A stretch of DNA of 63,312 nucleotides from an uncultured bacterium. GTDB taxonomy: Bacteria; UBA8248; JACPRG01; G963555815. Under the pieces are notes generated by a model. It was given only the letters and a program-made list of their open reading frames with translations, did not search any database and was not told the origin of the DNA. The stretch lies in the NCBI GenBank assembly GCA_964423875.1, contig CAYRGS010000001.1, positions 2,704-66,015 on the forward strand, in the 5' to 3' direction. Both the position numbers and the translations under genes were made by a program. This document shows, in pieces, positions 20,283 to 30,201 of this stretch. How positions within the stretch are numbered: position 1 is the first letter of the stretch; the number at the start of each line of letters is the position of its first letter.

Positions 20283-22001
20283 CTAAATGCTGAGCGCGCG
20301 CACCTCGCGGCGGTTCAGTATCCTATCGAACACCACCCGGGTCACGAAGACGGCGGTGAACATGCTGGCCCCGATTCCGACCGAGAGCGTGACGGCGAAC
20401 CCCCGGACCGGACCGGTTCCGAATTGGAGGAGGACAAGCGCTGCGATCAGGGTCGTCACGTTGGCGTCCAGAATGGTGAGGAAGGCCCGGCCGTAGCCCT
20501 GGTCCACCGCCGCCCGGATCGTCTTGCCCAGGCGGAGCTCCTCTCGGATGCGCTCGAAGATCAGGACGTTGGCGTCCACGGCCATGCCCACGGTGAGGAT
20601 CAGCCCGGCGATTCCGGGCAGGGTCAACGTGGCGCCGAATCCCGCCAGAACCCCCATGATGATGACCAGGTTCAGGACCAGGGCCAGGTTGGCCAGGAAT
20701 CCCGAAAGCCCGTAGTAGACCACCATGAAGATGAGGACCACGATGCCGCCGACGATGATCGCGACGATCCCCGCGCGGATCGAGTCCCGCCCGAGCGAGG
20801 GGCCCACCGTCCGCTCCTCGAGGATCTTCACCGGGGCCGGCAGGGCGCCCGCCCGCAGGACGATGGCCAAGTCGCGGGCCTCTTCATCGGAGAAGCTCCC
20901 GGAGATGATCGCGCTCCCCCCACTGATGCGCTCCTGAATCACCGGGGCCGAGTAGATGCGCTTGTCCAGGACGATGGCGAGGCGTTTGCCGACGTTGGCG
21001 GAGGTGATCCGATCGAAAATCCGTGACCCCCGGCCGTCGAACCGGACGGAAACCTGCGGCTGGCTGAACTGGCCGAATTCCACGCGCGCGTCCAACAGGG
21101 AGTTCCCTGTCAAAACGGTCCGGCGCTTGAGCAGGAAGGGGGTTCGGCGTTCAACCTTGCGGGTTTTCCGGTTGATGATCGGCTGGTAGAGGATCTCGCT
21201 GCCGGGTGGGACGCGGCCCGTGAGCGCGTCCTCGACGCTGTTCCGATCGTCCACCAGCTTGAACTCCAGCAGGGCCGTTTGGCCGATGAGGCGCTTGGCC
21301 CGCTCCGGGTCCTTGATGCCCGGAAGCTGGATGACGAGCCGCCGGTCCCCCTGCCGGATGAGGCTGGGCTCGGACACGCCGAACTGGTCAATCCGGTTTC
21401 GCATGGTCTCGAGCGCCTGGCGGACCGCCAGGTCCTTCACCCGGACCTTGGCCTCGGAGGCCATCTCGATGAGGTGGGTGTTCCCCTTTTCGCGCTCCAT
21501 CCGGAGATCGGGGAAGCCCTGAACCACGGTCGAGACTTTCTTGAAGTCCCCCTTTTCCGGCAGCGTAACCTTCAGGACGTCACCCTCGCGCGAGAAATTC
21601 ACGTACTTCACGCCCTTTCGGTTCAGACGGCCGCGGATCTCGCCGAAGGCGCGCTCCATGGAACCTTCGATAGCTTTTTCGGCCTCAACCTCCAGGACGA
21701 GGTGCATCCCGCCCTGGAGGTCCAGTCCCAGCTTGATGGTCTTGTTCAGGGGCAGGGCGTACCAGAGCGAAGTAGCCAGTATCAGGATAATGAGCCCAAT
21801 CTTCCAGATAAAAGGCGATTTCATGTCCCCGAACATTCCAAACCGCTGCGCGACCAAGAACGCGATACCCAGGGAGACGAGAGCCGACATCGCTTTCATG
21901 AGCGTCGAGTCGGTTCCGACTTGGTAGATGGCGACCCCAAGGCCCAGAAGTGCCCCCACCAGGACAAGGAGCCCGATTTTCCAGGCAAAAGGCGATTTCA
22001 T
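20283..22001 (-). CDS. secD: Protein translocase subunit SecD (canonical start probably ATG 21824; upstream in-frame 59-codon duplicated extension to 22001)
   Basis: The canonical SecD N-terminus MKSPFIWKIGLIILILATSLWYALPLNKTIKLGLDLQGG begins at 21824. A paralogous MKSPFAWKIGLLVLVGALLGLGV... begins at 22001 in the same frame. The rest is full-length SecD with a P1 head and an RND-like TM bundle. Confidence 0.92.
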   Translation of the reverse strand: MKSPFAWKIGLLVLVGALLGLGVAIYQVGTDSTLMKAMSALVSLGIAFLVAQRFGMFGDMKSPFIWKIGLIILILATSLWYALPLNKTIKLGLDLQGGMHLVLEVEAEKAIEGSMERAFGEIRGRLNRKGVKYVNFSREGDVLKVTLPEKGDFKKVSTVVQGFPDLRMEREKGNTHLIEMASEAKVRVKDLAVRQALETMRNRIDQFGVSEPSLIRQGDRRLVIQLPGIKDPERAKRLIGQTALLEFKLVDDRNSVEDALTGRVPPGSEILYQPIINRKTRKVERRTPFLLKRRTVLTGNSLLDARVEFGQFSQPQVSVRFDGRGSRIFDRITSANVGKRLAIVLDKRIYSAPVIQERISGGSAIISGSFSDEEARDLAIVLRAGALPAPVKILEERTVGPSLGRDSIRAGIVAIIVGGIVVLIFMVVYYGLSGFLANLALVLNLVIIMGVLAGFGATLTLPGIAGLILTVGMAVDANVLIFERIREELRLGKTIRAAVDQGYGRAFLTILDANVTTLIAALVLLQFGTGPVRGFAVTLSVGIGASMFTAVFVTRVVFDRILNRREVRALSI

Positions 22002-22073
22002 AGCCCTGGTCTCACACTCCGCGCTCGGTCTGGAAATGATAGGTGGAAAAAGTCATGTGAAATGGGGGAATCC

Positions 22074-22107
22074 ATCAAAAAGGAAGGGCCGGTGCGGGTC
22101 CCGGCCC
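22074..22107 (-). terminator. Rho-independent terminator-like hairpin between yajC and secD
   Basis: On the minus strand: GGGCCGG-gacccgca-CCGGCCC (7-bp GC stem, plus-strand coordinates 22086-22107), followed by TTCCTTTTTG. Confidence 0.5.
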
Positions 22108-22210
22108 GGGATGGCGAGGCACCCCCGCTTCGCCCGGGGCGGGGCGGAGCGGAAAATGAGCGGCGCGTTCCCCCCCCGTCCGTTATCGGCGGAGCGGGAA
22201 GGACGCCGCC

Positions 22211-22591
22211 CTACTCGTCGTCATCGTCCTCATCATCCTTGCCGCCGTCCTCTTTGGACTTCGGCCCGCCGCCTCTGCCGACCACCGAGGAGATATTGGA
22301 CCGCTGGACGCGAACGCGAACGTTTTCCGCGATATCGAGCCAGACCTTGTCTTCCCGGATCTTGGAGACGACCCCGAAGAGCCCTCCGGAGGTCAACACT
22401 TGATCGCCCGGGGCCAGCCCGTCCAGCATCCTCCGGTGTTCGGCCTGTTTCTTCTGCTGCGGGCGGATCATCAGAAAATACATGATGGCGAAGATCATGC
22501 CGAAAACAACAATCATCTGCCCGAAGCCGCCACCCCCGGGCCCGCCGCCTCCGGTCCCTCCACCGAGCGCATATGCTGTATCAACCCACAC
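22211..22591 (-). CDS. yajC: Preprotein translocase subunit YajC, with Gly-rich N-terminal and acidic C-terminal extensions
   Basis: Core IVVFGMIFAIMYFLMIRPQQKKQAEHRRMLDGLAPGDQVLTSGGLFGVVSKI is the YajC signature. The tail ends ...KEDGGKDDEDDDDE. Confidence 0.9.
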   Translation of the reverse strand: MWVDTAYALGGGTGGGGPGGGGFGQMIVVFGMIFAIMYFLMIRPQQKKQAEHRRMLDGLAPGDQVLTSGGLFGVVSKIREDKVWLDIAENVRVRVQRSNISSVVGRGGGPKSKEDGGKDDEDDDDE

Positions 22592-22716
22592 TGGTCAATC
22601 TCCTCATCAGCCGCTGTCCGTCCCGGCGGCATTCATGGAAACCGTACTTTACTATCAGACAAGCCTCCGGGTGTCAATCGGGACGTGGCCGTTCACGGCC
22701 CCCCACCTTCTTCCAC

Positions 22717-23880
<1,164 letters not shown>

Positions 23881-24642
23881 TCACACGACCTGGATGGGGC
23901 CGTCGGCGCTTCCGGTGATGAATTGCCGGACGACGGGGTCTTCTGTGTTCCTGATTGCCTCGGGCGTCCCGGAGGCCCGGATTCGGCCGTCGTGCAGCAT
24001 GGCGATATAGTCGCCGATCTTGAAGGCCCCCTCGATATCGTGGCTGATGACCACGGAGGTCACGTTGAGCTCTTCCTGCATCCGCATGATGAGCCGGTCG
24101 ATCGTGTCGCACAGGATGGGGTCCAGCCCCGTGGTCGGCTCGTCGTAGAGGATGATGGGGGGGTCCAGGGCAATCGCCCGGGCCAAGCCCACGCGCTTGC
24201 GCATCCCGCCGGAGAGCTCGGAAGGCATCTTGCCCTCCGCCCCGTCCAGGCCCACCAGCCGAAGCTTTTCGCGGACCCGATCTTCGATCTCCCCGCGGTT
24301 CAACCGGGTGTGCTCCCGCAGGGGGAAGGCGACGTTATCGAAAACGTTCATCGAGTCGAACAGGGCCGCGTTCTGAAACAGCATGCCGAACTTCCGGCGG
24401 ATGTGGTCCATTTCTTTGATGGGCAAAGGCGTGACATCCTCGCCGTCGATCCAGATTTGCCCTTCATCGGGTTTCATGAGGCCGATGATGTGCTTCAGGA
24501 GAACGCTCTTGCCGATGCCGGACCTTCCGATGACTACCGTCGTCTCGCCGTGCGGCACGTCCAAGTCTACACCCGTCAGCACCTGCTGGTCGTTGAAAGC
24601 GCGATGGAGGTTGCGGACGCGAATGACGACATCATCGGACAT
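23881..24642 (-). CDS. ABC transporter ATP-binding protein, MlaF-like, with no adjacent permease
   Basis: ATG 24642 (MSDDVVIRVRNLHRAFNDQQVL). Walker A GRSGIGKS, signature LSGGMRKR, Walker B IILYDEPT. The sequence style matches MlaF/Ttg2A ATPases. Confidence 0.85.
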   Translation of the reverse strand: MSDDVVIRVRNLHRAFNDQQVLTGVDLDVPHGETTVVIGRSGIGKSVLLKHIIGLMKPDEGQIWIDGEDVTPLPIKEMDHIRRKFGMLFQNAALFDSMNVFDNVAFPLREHTRLNRGEIEDRVREKLRLVGLDGAEGKMPSELSGGMRKRVGLARAIALDPPIILYDEPTTGLDPILCDTIDRLIMRMQEELNVTSVVISHDIEGAFKIGDYIAMLHDGRIRASGTPEAIRNTEDPVVRQFITGSADGPIQVV

Positions 24643-24732
24643 AGGGCGCTCCCTTCTTCCAGCGGCGAGTCCGCTCTGCCGGACGGGCCGAGGTCTCTGT
24701 TTCATCGCGCACGGACCCGAGGGCCGCCGCCC

Positions 24733-26016
24733 CTACAACGCCAAGCGCTCCGGACCGGCGTCCGGCTCCGGAAGGGCTCCTTCGGGAAAGAGGGCGTCCG
24801 GATAGGTGGTGCGAACGGCGCGGCCTCCCTCCAGATACACCCGGGGGACCCGCCGGGACAAGCCGCAGAGGATCTCATAGGGGACGGTGTTCGCCAGGTC
24901 GGCCAGTTCCTCGGCGGTGACCCGCTCGCCCCCCCCCCCCTGCGCCCCCAGGAGGACGACCTCGTCGCCCACCGCGACGTCCGGGAGGTGGCCGACAGAG
25001 ACCGCCAGCATGTCCATGGAAACCGCCCCGATGACCGGGGCCCTCCTTCCGCGCACCAGGACGTCCGCCTTGTTGCTGAGAATTCGCGGATACCCGTCCG
25101 CATAGCCCATGGGGACGATGGCCAGCCGGCTTGGGCCGGATATCCGGTGCGTCCGGCCGTAACCCACGGTCCGGCCGGATTCGGCCTCGTTGATGTGGAC
25201 GACGCGGCTGTTCCACGACATCGCGGGCGAGTAACCCTCGATGGGCCGGCCGGCCCACGGGGCCGCGCCCAGGAGCAGGATCCCCACCCTCGCCATATCA
25301 AGCCGGGACCCCGGCAAGGAGAGCGCCGCCGCGCTGTTGGCGCAATGCAGAATCGGCGAATTCCCTCCGGGCTCCGGCCACAGGGCCCGGGTCCGAAGGG
25401 ATTCCACCAGGCCGAGGAAGGAATCCATCTGGCGATCCGAGCCGCCTTCGGGGTCCTCGGCGTCGGCGAAATGGGACATCAGCCCCCGGACCTCGATCCC
25501 GTCCAGGCCCGAGAGAAACGACAGAAAATCGGCCGCCTCACCCGGCTGGACCCCCAGTCTGCCCATCCCCGTGTCCACCTTGACGTGGACGGGGATCCGG
25601 CGCCCCGCTGCATGGCCCGCCGCCGACAGGGCCTCGGCCAGGGAGGTGTCGCAGAGGACTACGTGAAACTCGCCCGCCGCCAAGGAGGGGGCCTGGTCGG
25701 CCAGGGCGCCGGCAAGGATCAGGATGGGCGAGGCCACACCGGCCCGCCGGAGCTCCCATCCCTCCTCCAGCACCCCCACCCCCAGCATCTCGGCCCCGGC
25801 GGCGACGGCGGCGCCGGCGATCTCCGCGGCCCCGTGGCCGTAGCCGTCCGCTTTGACGACGGCCAGGAGCTTCGTGGATCGGCCCAGGAGCGAGCGCACC
25901 CGGGCGGTGTTCCGGGCCACGGCGTCCAGGTCGATCCGCGCGACCGTGGGCCGGAGGGTCTGGACAGCTTTCTCTTGGGTCAAAATCGTCAGGCTCAATC
26001 CGGGGAGACCCGCCAA
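24733..26016 (-). CDS. alr: Alanine racemase
   Basis: PLP-lysine motif AVVKADGYGHG, and a C-terminal beta domain with VSMDML. The start is uncertain: the track start at 26016 is TTG and several in-frame TTG codons follow. Confidence 0.9.
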   Translation of the reverse strand: MAGLPGLSLTILTQEKAVQTLRPTVARIDLDAVARNTARVRSLLGRSTKLLAVVKADGYGHGAAEIAGAAVAAGAEMLGVGVLEEGWELRRAGVASPILILAGALADQAPSLAAGEFHVVLCDTSLAEALSAAGHAAGRRIPVHVKVDTGMGRLGVQPGEAADFLSFLSGLDGIEVRGLMSHFADAEDPEGGSDRQMDSFLGLVESLRTRALWPEPGGNSPILHCANSAAALSLPGSRLDMARVGILLLGAAPWAGRPIEGYSPAMSWNSRVVHINEAESGRTVGYGRTHRISGPSRLAIVPMGYADGYPRILSNKADVLVRGRRAPVIGAVSMDMLAVSVGHLPDVAVGDEVVLLGAQGGGGERVTAEELADLANTVPYEILCGLSRRVPRVYLEGGRAVRTTYPDALFPEGALPEPDAGPERLAL

Positions 26017-26058
26017 GGCTCAGGGGGAGACGGAAACATTCGCGGCGCGGAAGACCGC

Positions 26059-27492
26059 TCAGAAAGGAACGGGTTCATCGGTCGGTGCGTAATATTCCTC
26101 GCTGGTGGCGCTTTCAAACCGGGCATAGTCCTTGATGAAGGTGGCTTTGACGATGCCGATGGGGCCGTTTCGCTGCTTCGCGATAATGATTTCGGCCTTT
26201 CCTTCCAATTCCCGGCGCTTCTCCTCATCGTCCCGGAGATACACCTCGGGCCTGTAAAGAAACACCACAACGTCGGCGTCCTGCTCGATGGCGCCGGACT
26301 CGCGAAGGTCGGCGAGCTGCGGTCTGTTCCCTTCACGGTGTTCGACCTGGCGGCTCAGTTGCGACAACGCGATGACCGGGACATTCAGCTCCTTGGCCAG
26401 TTCTTTCAAGGAGCGGGTGATCTCTGAAATCTCCTGTTGCCGATTCTCCGACTTCGCCCGGCCTCTCATCAGCTGGAGGTAATCCACGACGATCAGGGAG
26501 AGGCCTTTCTCGGCTTTCAATCGCCTGGAACGCGCCCGGATGTCCAGGGCGGTCAGGGCGCCGCTGTCATCGATATAGATCTGCGCGTCCTCGAGGTCTC
26601 CCGCGGCTTTGGTGAGGGCCACCCATTCTTTTGGGTTCATATGGCCTGTCCGCAGCTTCTGAATGTCAATCCTGCCCATCGAGCAAAGAAGACGAATCAA
26701 TAACTGCTCCTTCGACATCTCCAGGCTGAAAATTCCGACAGGCGTCTTGGTCTCTTGCCGCACGCCCAGGTTCTGGACGATGCTCAGGGCGAAAGAGGTC
26801 TTCCCCATGCTCGGCCGGCCCGCGATGATCACCAGATCGGAAGGTTGAAGTCCGGCCGTCAGCCGGTCGAAATCCTGGAAACCGGTGGGGACGCCCGTCA
26901 CCATTTCCTTGCGTTCGTAAAGCTCCTCGATCATCCCGAACGTGGACTTGATGACCTCGCTTATGTTGACGAAGCTTTGCGAGACGCGGTCTTGTGAAAT
27001 CTCGAAAATCACACGTTCCGCCTGATCCAGGTAAACCTCGGCGTCCTCGGTCTCTTCATAACCCCGCGCAATGATCTCGGTGGCCGCTGAAATGAGGTCG
27101 CGGACAATGGCCTTCTCCTTGATCAGCTCCGCGTGGCGCGCGACGCCCGCCGCGGTCGGCACCGCGTCCACCAGGGCGCCCAGGTACGCTTCCCCCCCCA
27201 CGTCTTCCAGGCAGGCGCTCTTGCGGAGCCGGTCGGTCAGGGTCAACAGGTCGATGGGCTCATTGCGCTCGAAGAGCTCCCGCATCCCGGAAAAGATCTT
27301 GCGGTGGGCCTCCCGGTAAAAGTAATTCTCTTTGAGGATTTCGAGGGCTTTGGGGAACGCGGTGTTATCCAGCAGAACGGCCCCGAGGACGGCCTGCTCG
27401 GCCTCGATGTTCTGGGGCGGGAGTCTGTGGAGGGCTTCTTCTTCGGGGGGTGTCATGAGCCGTCTTTCGGCCTGCGTAAGGCGAGGTGGCAT
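26059..27492 (-). CDS. dnaB: Replicative DNA helicase DnaB
   Basis: N-terminal PPQNIEAEQAVLGAVLLD, Walker A GRPSMGKTSFAL, and the RecA-like C-terminal domain. Confidence 0.96.
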   Translation of the reverse strand: MPPRLTQAERRLMTPPEEEALHRLPPQNIEAEQAVLGAVLLDNTAFPKALEILKENYFYREAHRKIFSGMRELFERNEPIDLLTLTDRLRKSACLEDVGGEAYLGALVDAVPTAAGVARHAELIKEKAIVRDLISAATEIIARGYEETEDAEVYLDQAERVIFEISQDRVSQSFVNISEVIKSTFGMIEELYERKEMVTGVPTGFQDFDRLTAGLQPSDLVIIAGRPSMGKTSFALSIVQNLGVRQETKTPVGIFSLEMSKEQLLIRLLCSMGRIDIQKLRTGHMNPKEWVALTKAAGDLEDAQIYIDDSGALTALDIRARSRRLKAEKGLSLIVVDYLQLMRGRAKSENRQQEISEITRSLKELAKELNVPVIALSQLSRQVEHREGNRPQLADLRESGAIEQDADVVVFLYRPEVYLRDDEEKRRELEGKAEIIIAKQRNGPIGIVKATFIKDYARFESATSEEYYAPTDEPVPF

Positions 27493-27525
27493 GCGACCGG
27501 CGCGACGGTCCGGCCTCCGGACCTT

Positions 27526-27674
27526 CCGGAGTCCCGGCCACTGATTGTAACAGACCGCGGGAGCGGCGTGGGCGCGGGGCGCGGGCGCCCTCCCATCCGG
27601 TGGGCCTTCCGGGCGGCGGCAAGGCGCCCCATCTACTCTCAGACCGGGGTCCCGGCTAGCCGGAGTCCCGGCTA
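27526..27674. repeat. Three copies of a 15-nt motif CCGGRGTCCCGGCYA in the rplI-dnaB intergenic region
   Basis: Copies at 27526-27540 (ccggagtcccggcca), 27644-27658 (ccggggtcccggcta) and 27660-27674 (ccggagtcccggcta). The last two are in tandem and overlap the rplI stop codon. Confidence 0.6.
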
Positions 27675-28277
27675 CTCGTTCTCCTCCGCCGGCTTCGCGT
27701 CGCCGGTTTCCGAAGGGCCTTCCCCGGCTTCGGCTTCGCCCGCGGGGTTCGTCCGGGCCTCCGCCGCGGGTGTCTTCTCCGAAGAGGTGTCGGCCGGATC
27801 GGTCTCGACCGGATCGGTCTCCTCGGCCTGGACCTTTTCGCCCTCCACCGTGACGCTCAGCTCGGCCGTGACGTCCGGGTGGACCTTGACGGGCACCTTG
27901 AACACCCCCAGGGCTTTGATGGGGGCCTCGAGCTGGATCTTCCGGCGGTCCACCTTCTCTCCGGCCGCTTGGACGGCCTCGGCGATCTCCTGGGAGGTCA
28001 CCGATCCGTACAAACGGTCGCCTTCTCCGACCTTTTTCTTGAGACGCAGGGACAGCTTCTCCAGCCGGGCGGCGAACTCTTCGGCCGCGCCCTTGAGTTT
28101 GTGGAGGCGCTGGGCCTGAAGGCGCTTTTCGTGCTCCATCGCCTTGACGTTGCGAATTGAGGCCTGAACCGCCAGACCCTGGGGGATCAGGTAATTGCGT
28201 CCATATCCGTTCGCCACCTCGACCAGGTCTCCCATATCGCCGAGGTTCTCGACCTCCTCTCGAAGGATCACTTTCAT
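27672..28277 (-). CDS. rplI: 50S ribosomal protein L9 with an acidic ~50-aa C-terminal extension
   Basis: MKVILREEVENLGDMGDLVEVANGYGRNYLIPQGLA is the L9 N-terminus. The tail is EETDPVETDPADTSSEKTPAAEARTNPAGEAEAGEGPSETGDAKPAEENE. Confidence 0.95.
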   Translation of the reverse strand: MKVILREEVENLGDMGDLVEVANGYGRNYLIPQGLAVQASIRNVKAMEHEKRLQAQRLHKLKGAAEEFAARLEKLSLRLKKKVGEGDRLYGSVTSQEIAEAVQAAGEKVDRRKIQLEAPIKALGVFKVPVKVHPDVTAELSVTVEGEKVQAEETDPVETDPADTSSEKTPAAEARTNPAGEAEAGEGPSETGDAKPAEENE

Positions 28278-28292
28278 GTTGTCACATCCTCC

Positions 28293-29369
28293 TCAGCCGT
28301 CTTCTTTGTCCGCGGAAGGGGCGGCGGTCCGGATCTTGCGGAAGTCAAACCACAGATCGAACAAGCCGAGCGCGGCCACGACATAACTGAAAGTCAGCAC
28401 GAAAAAGTAAAGCGGAATCCGATAGATCACGGCGACGCCCGTCTTCCGGAACAGAAAATGGGTCACCGAAATCCCCTGTAAAAAATAGCCGAAGAGGAGG
28501 ATCAGAAGGACGTTGCCCATCACCCAGGCCAGCGAGGTCCCCCTCAGGAAGTAGAGCAACCCGGTGCTGACGATCAGTGCCCAGACCGCCGGCTCCGCCA
28601 TCGACCACCGGCCCAGATCCTGCGCCGGAAAGAGACCGCCCGCCCCGCGCAGGGTCCAGATATGCCGCAACAACATGTAATTCAGCAGCGAGGTCAGTGT
28701 CGCCTGCATGACGGCGAACGCGGGTATCAAATGTCCCATGATCCGGATCAGACGGCTGAGCTCCTCCTGTTGCGCTCCGGCGGCGCCCCCGGGCAACCGG
28801 CGCAGAACTTTTTCCCCCTCCGGCCCGAGAAAGACGCTGAGTCCGTCCCCGCTTCCCCCCAGGGTCAGCACCGCATACAACACCCCCAGACCGATCGCCG
28901 CGCCCAGGATGCTGATGCCCACGGCCCGCTCGATGGGGCGCCCGGCGGAGATGGACGCGGCCAGCAGCCAGGCGATCACGCCGATGGACGCCAGGAACTG
29001 GAGGGAGATCTCCCAGCCTTCGGCCCAGGCCAAGACGGCGCCCACGCCGAGGATCACGGCCGACCCGGCCCCCGTCCCCCAGCGAAGGAAGACCTGAATG
29101 GCGGGCGCGGGGGAGAACAGCCCCACGATCGTGCCGATGACGCCGATGACGCCGCCCATCAGCGGCAATCGCTCCAGGGCCAAATAGAGCAGAAACGTCG
29201 CGCCCCCCAAGCCCAGAATTTGGGCCGCGTCGGACAGGAGAATCCCCCCGGGCTTCGGAAGGTCCTGCCGCTCCGGGGAGTCCCCGCCGTGCGTGGTGAG
29301 GTCGGGCGCGGCGTCCGGGCGGGGAGCCGCGCCCCCGTCTTCAGCCGGTCGGGATGTGTCCATGCCCAT
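28293..29369 (-). CDS. Polytopic membrane protein, DUF2232/YybS-like
   Basis: 358 aa with many TM helices. It sits between rpsR and rplI, the position of yybS in Firmicutes. Family assignment is from memory only. Confidence 0.6.
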   Translation of the reverse strand: MGMDTSRPAEDGGAAPRPDAAPDLTTHGGDSPERQDLPKPGGILLSDAAQILGLGGATFLLYLALERLPLMGGVIGVIGTIVGLFSPAPAIQVFLRWGTGAGSAVILGVGAVLAWAEGWEISLQFLASIGVIAWLLAASISAGRPIERAVGISILGAAIGLGVLYAVLTLGGSGDGLSVFLGPEGEKVLRRLPGGAAGAQQEELSRLIRIMGHLIPAFAVMQATLTSLLNYMLLRHIWTLRGAGGLFPAQDLGRWSMAEPAVWALIVSTGLLYFLRGTSLAWVMGNVLLILLFGYFLQGISVTHFLFRKTGVAVIYRIPLYFFVLTFSYVVAALGLFDLWFDFRKIRTAAPSADKEDG

Positions 29370-29460
29370 GTCCGAAACCTCGCGAGTCGCTTCCCGCCGG
29401 TTCAGCCGAGAGGCGCCCGGACCGCCGAAGCCGGCTCGCCCAAGGCCTTTCCGCCGCCGG

Positions 29461-29715
29461 TCATTGCCGATCGACGGCGAAAGGCAACAGGGCGATGTTC
29501 CGGGCCCGCTTGATGGCCGTGGTGAGTTGTCTTTGGTGGCGCGCGCAGTTGCCCGAAATTCTCCGAGAAATGATCTTCCCCCTCTCGGTCATCAAGTTCC
29601 GGATGCGCCGAAGGTCCTTGTAATCGATGTGTTCCACTTTGTCCACACAGAAGCGGCAGACCTTCTTGGGCACGTAGCGCTTCTTCTTTTTTCTGACTGG
29701 TTTCCTGAGTGCCAA
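29461..29715 (-). CDS. rpsR: 30S ribosomal protein S18
   Basis: 84 aa: [60 protein letters not shown]. Confidence 0.97.
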   Translation of the reverse strand: MALRKPVRKKKKRYVPKKVCRFCVDKVEHIDYKDLRRIRNLMTERGKIISRRISGNCARHQRQLTTAIKRARNIALLPFAVDRQ

Positions 29716-29727
29716 AGGGAATGTCTC

Positions 29728-30168
29728 CTAGAAGGGAATGTCGTCATCGACGGAAGGGGGGGAGGGGTCGGGGGGAGCGCCCTCATCCGGGTCTTGCGCC
29801 CGGGGCCTCCGGCCGCCGTCTCCCGCCTGGCCAGCTTGGCCCGACTGGGGCATGAATTGCACGCTCTGGGCGACCACCTCGTGCTTGCTCCGCTTGGCGC
29901 CGTCCTGCGCTTCCCAGGTGCGGTATTGGAGCCGGCCTTCGATCAGCGCGGACCGCCCTTTGGAGAGGTATTCGCCCACCAGCTCGGCCTGCCGCCCGAA
30001 AGCCACGATGTCCACGAAGCAGGTGTCCTCCCGCTGTTCTTCGCCTTGACGGTATCGATGATTGACGGCGAGGCCGAAGTTGGCCACGGGCGTGCCTTGG
30101 GGTGTGTAGCGGACTTCCGGATCGCGGGTGAGGTTTCCCAACAGGATCACTCGGTTGTAGTTGGCCAT
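29728..30168 (-). CDS. ssb: Single-stranded DNA-binding protein
   Basis: OB-fold N-terminus MANYNRVILLGNLTRDPEVRYTPQGTPVANFGLAVN, a Gly/Pro-rich linker and the acidic tip DDDIPF. Confidence 0.96.
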   Translation of the reverse strand: MANYNRVILLGNLTRDPEVRYTPQGTPVANFGLAVNHRYRQGEEQREDTCFVDIVAFGRQAELVGEYLSKGRSALIEGRLQYRTWEAQDGAKRSKHEVVAQSVQFMPQSGQAGQAGDGGRRPRAQDPDEGAPPDPSPPSVDDDIPF

Positions 30169-30201
30169 CTCGCCTCTTCCTCCTGACCCTCCGGCCCGGG
30201 G

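Noticed and set aside
19322-22403. Three long + strand ORFs (19322-20293, 20058-21026, 21279-22403) opposite secF/secD/yajC
   Set aside because: They are antisense to conserved Sec components. Their translations are highly charged, low-complexity Asp/Arg/Gly/His repeats.
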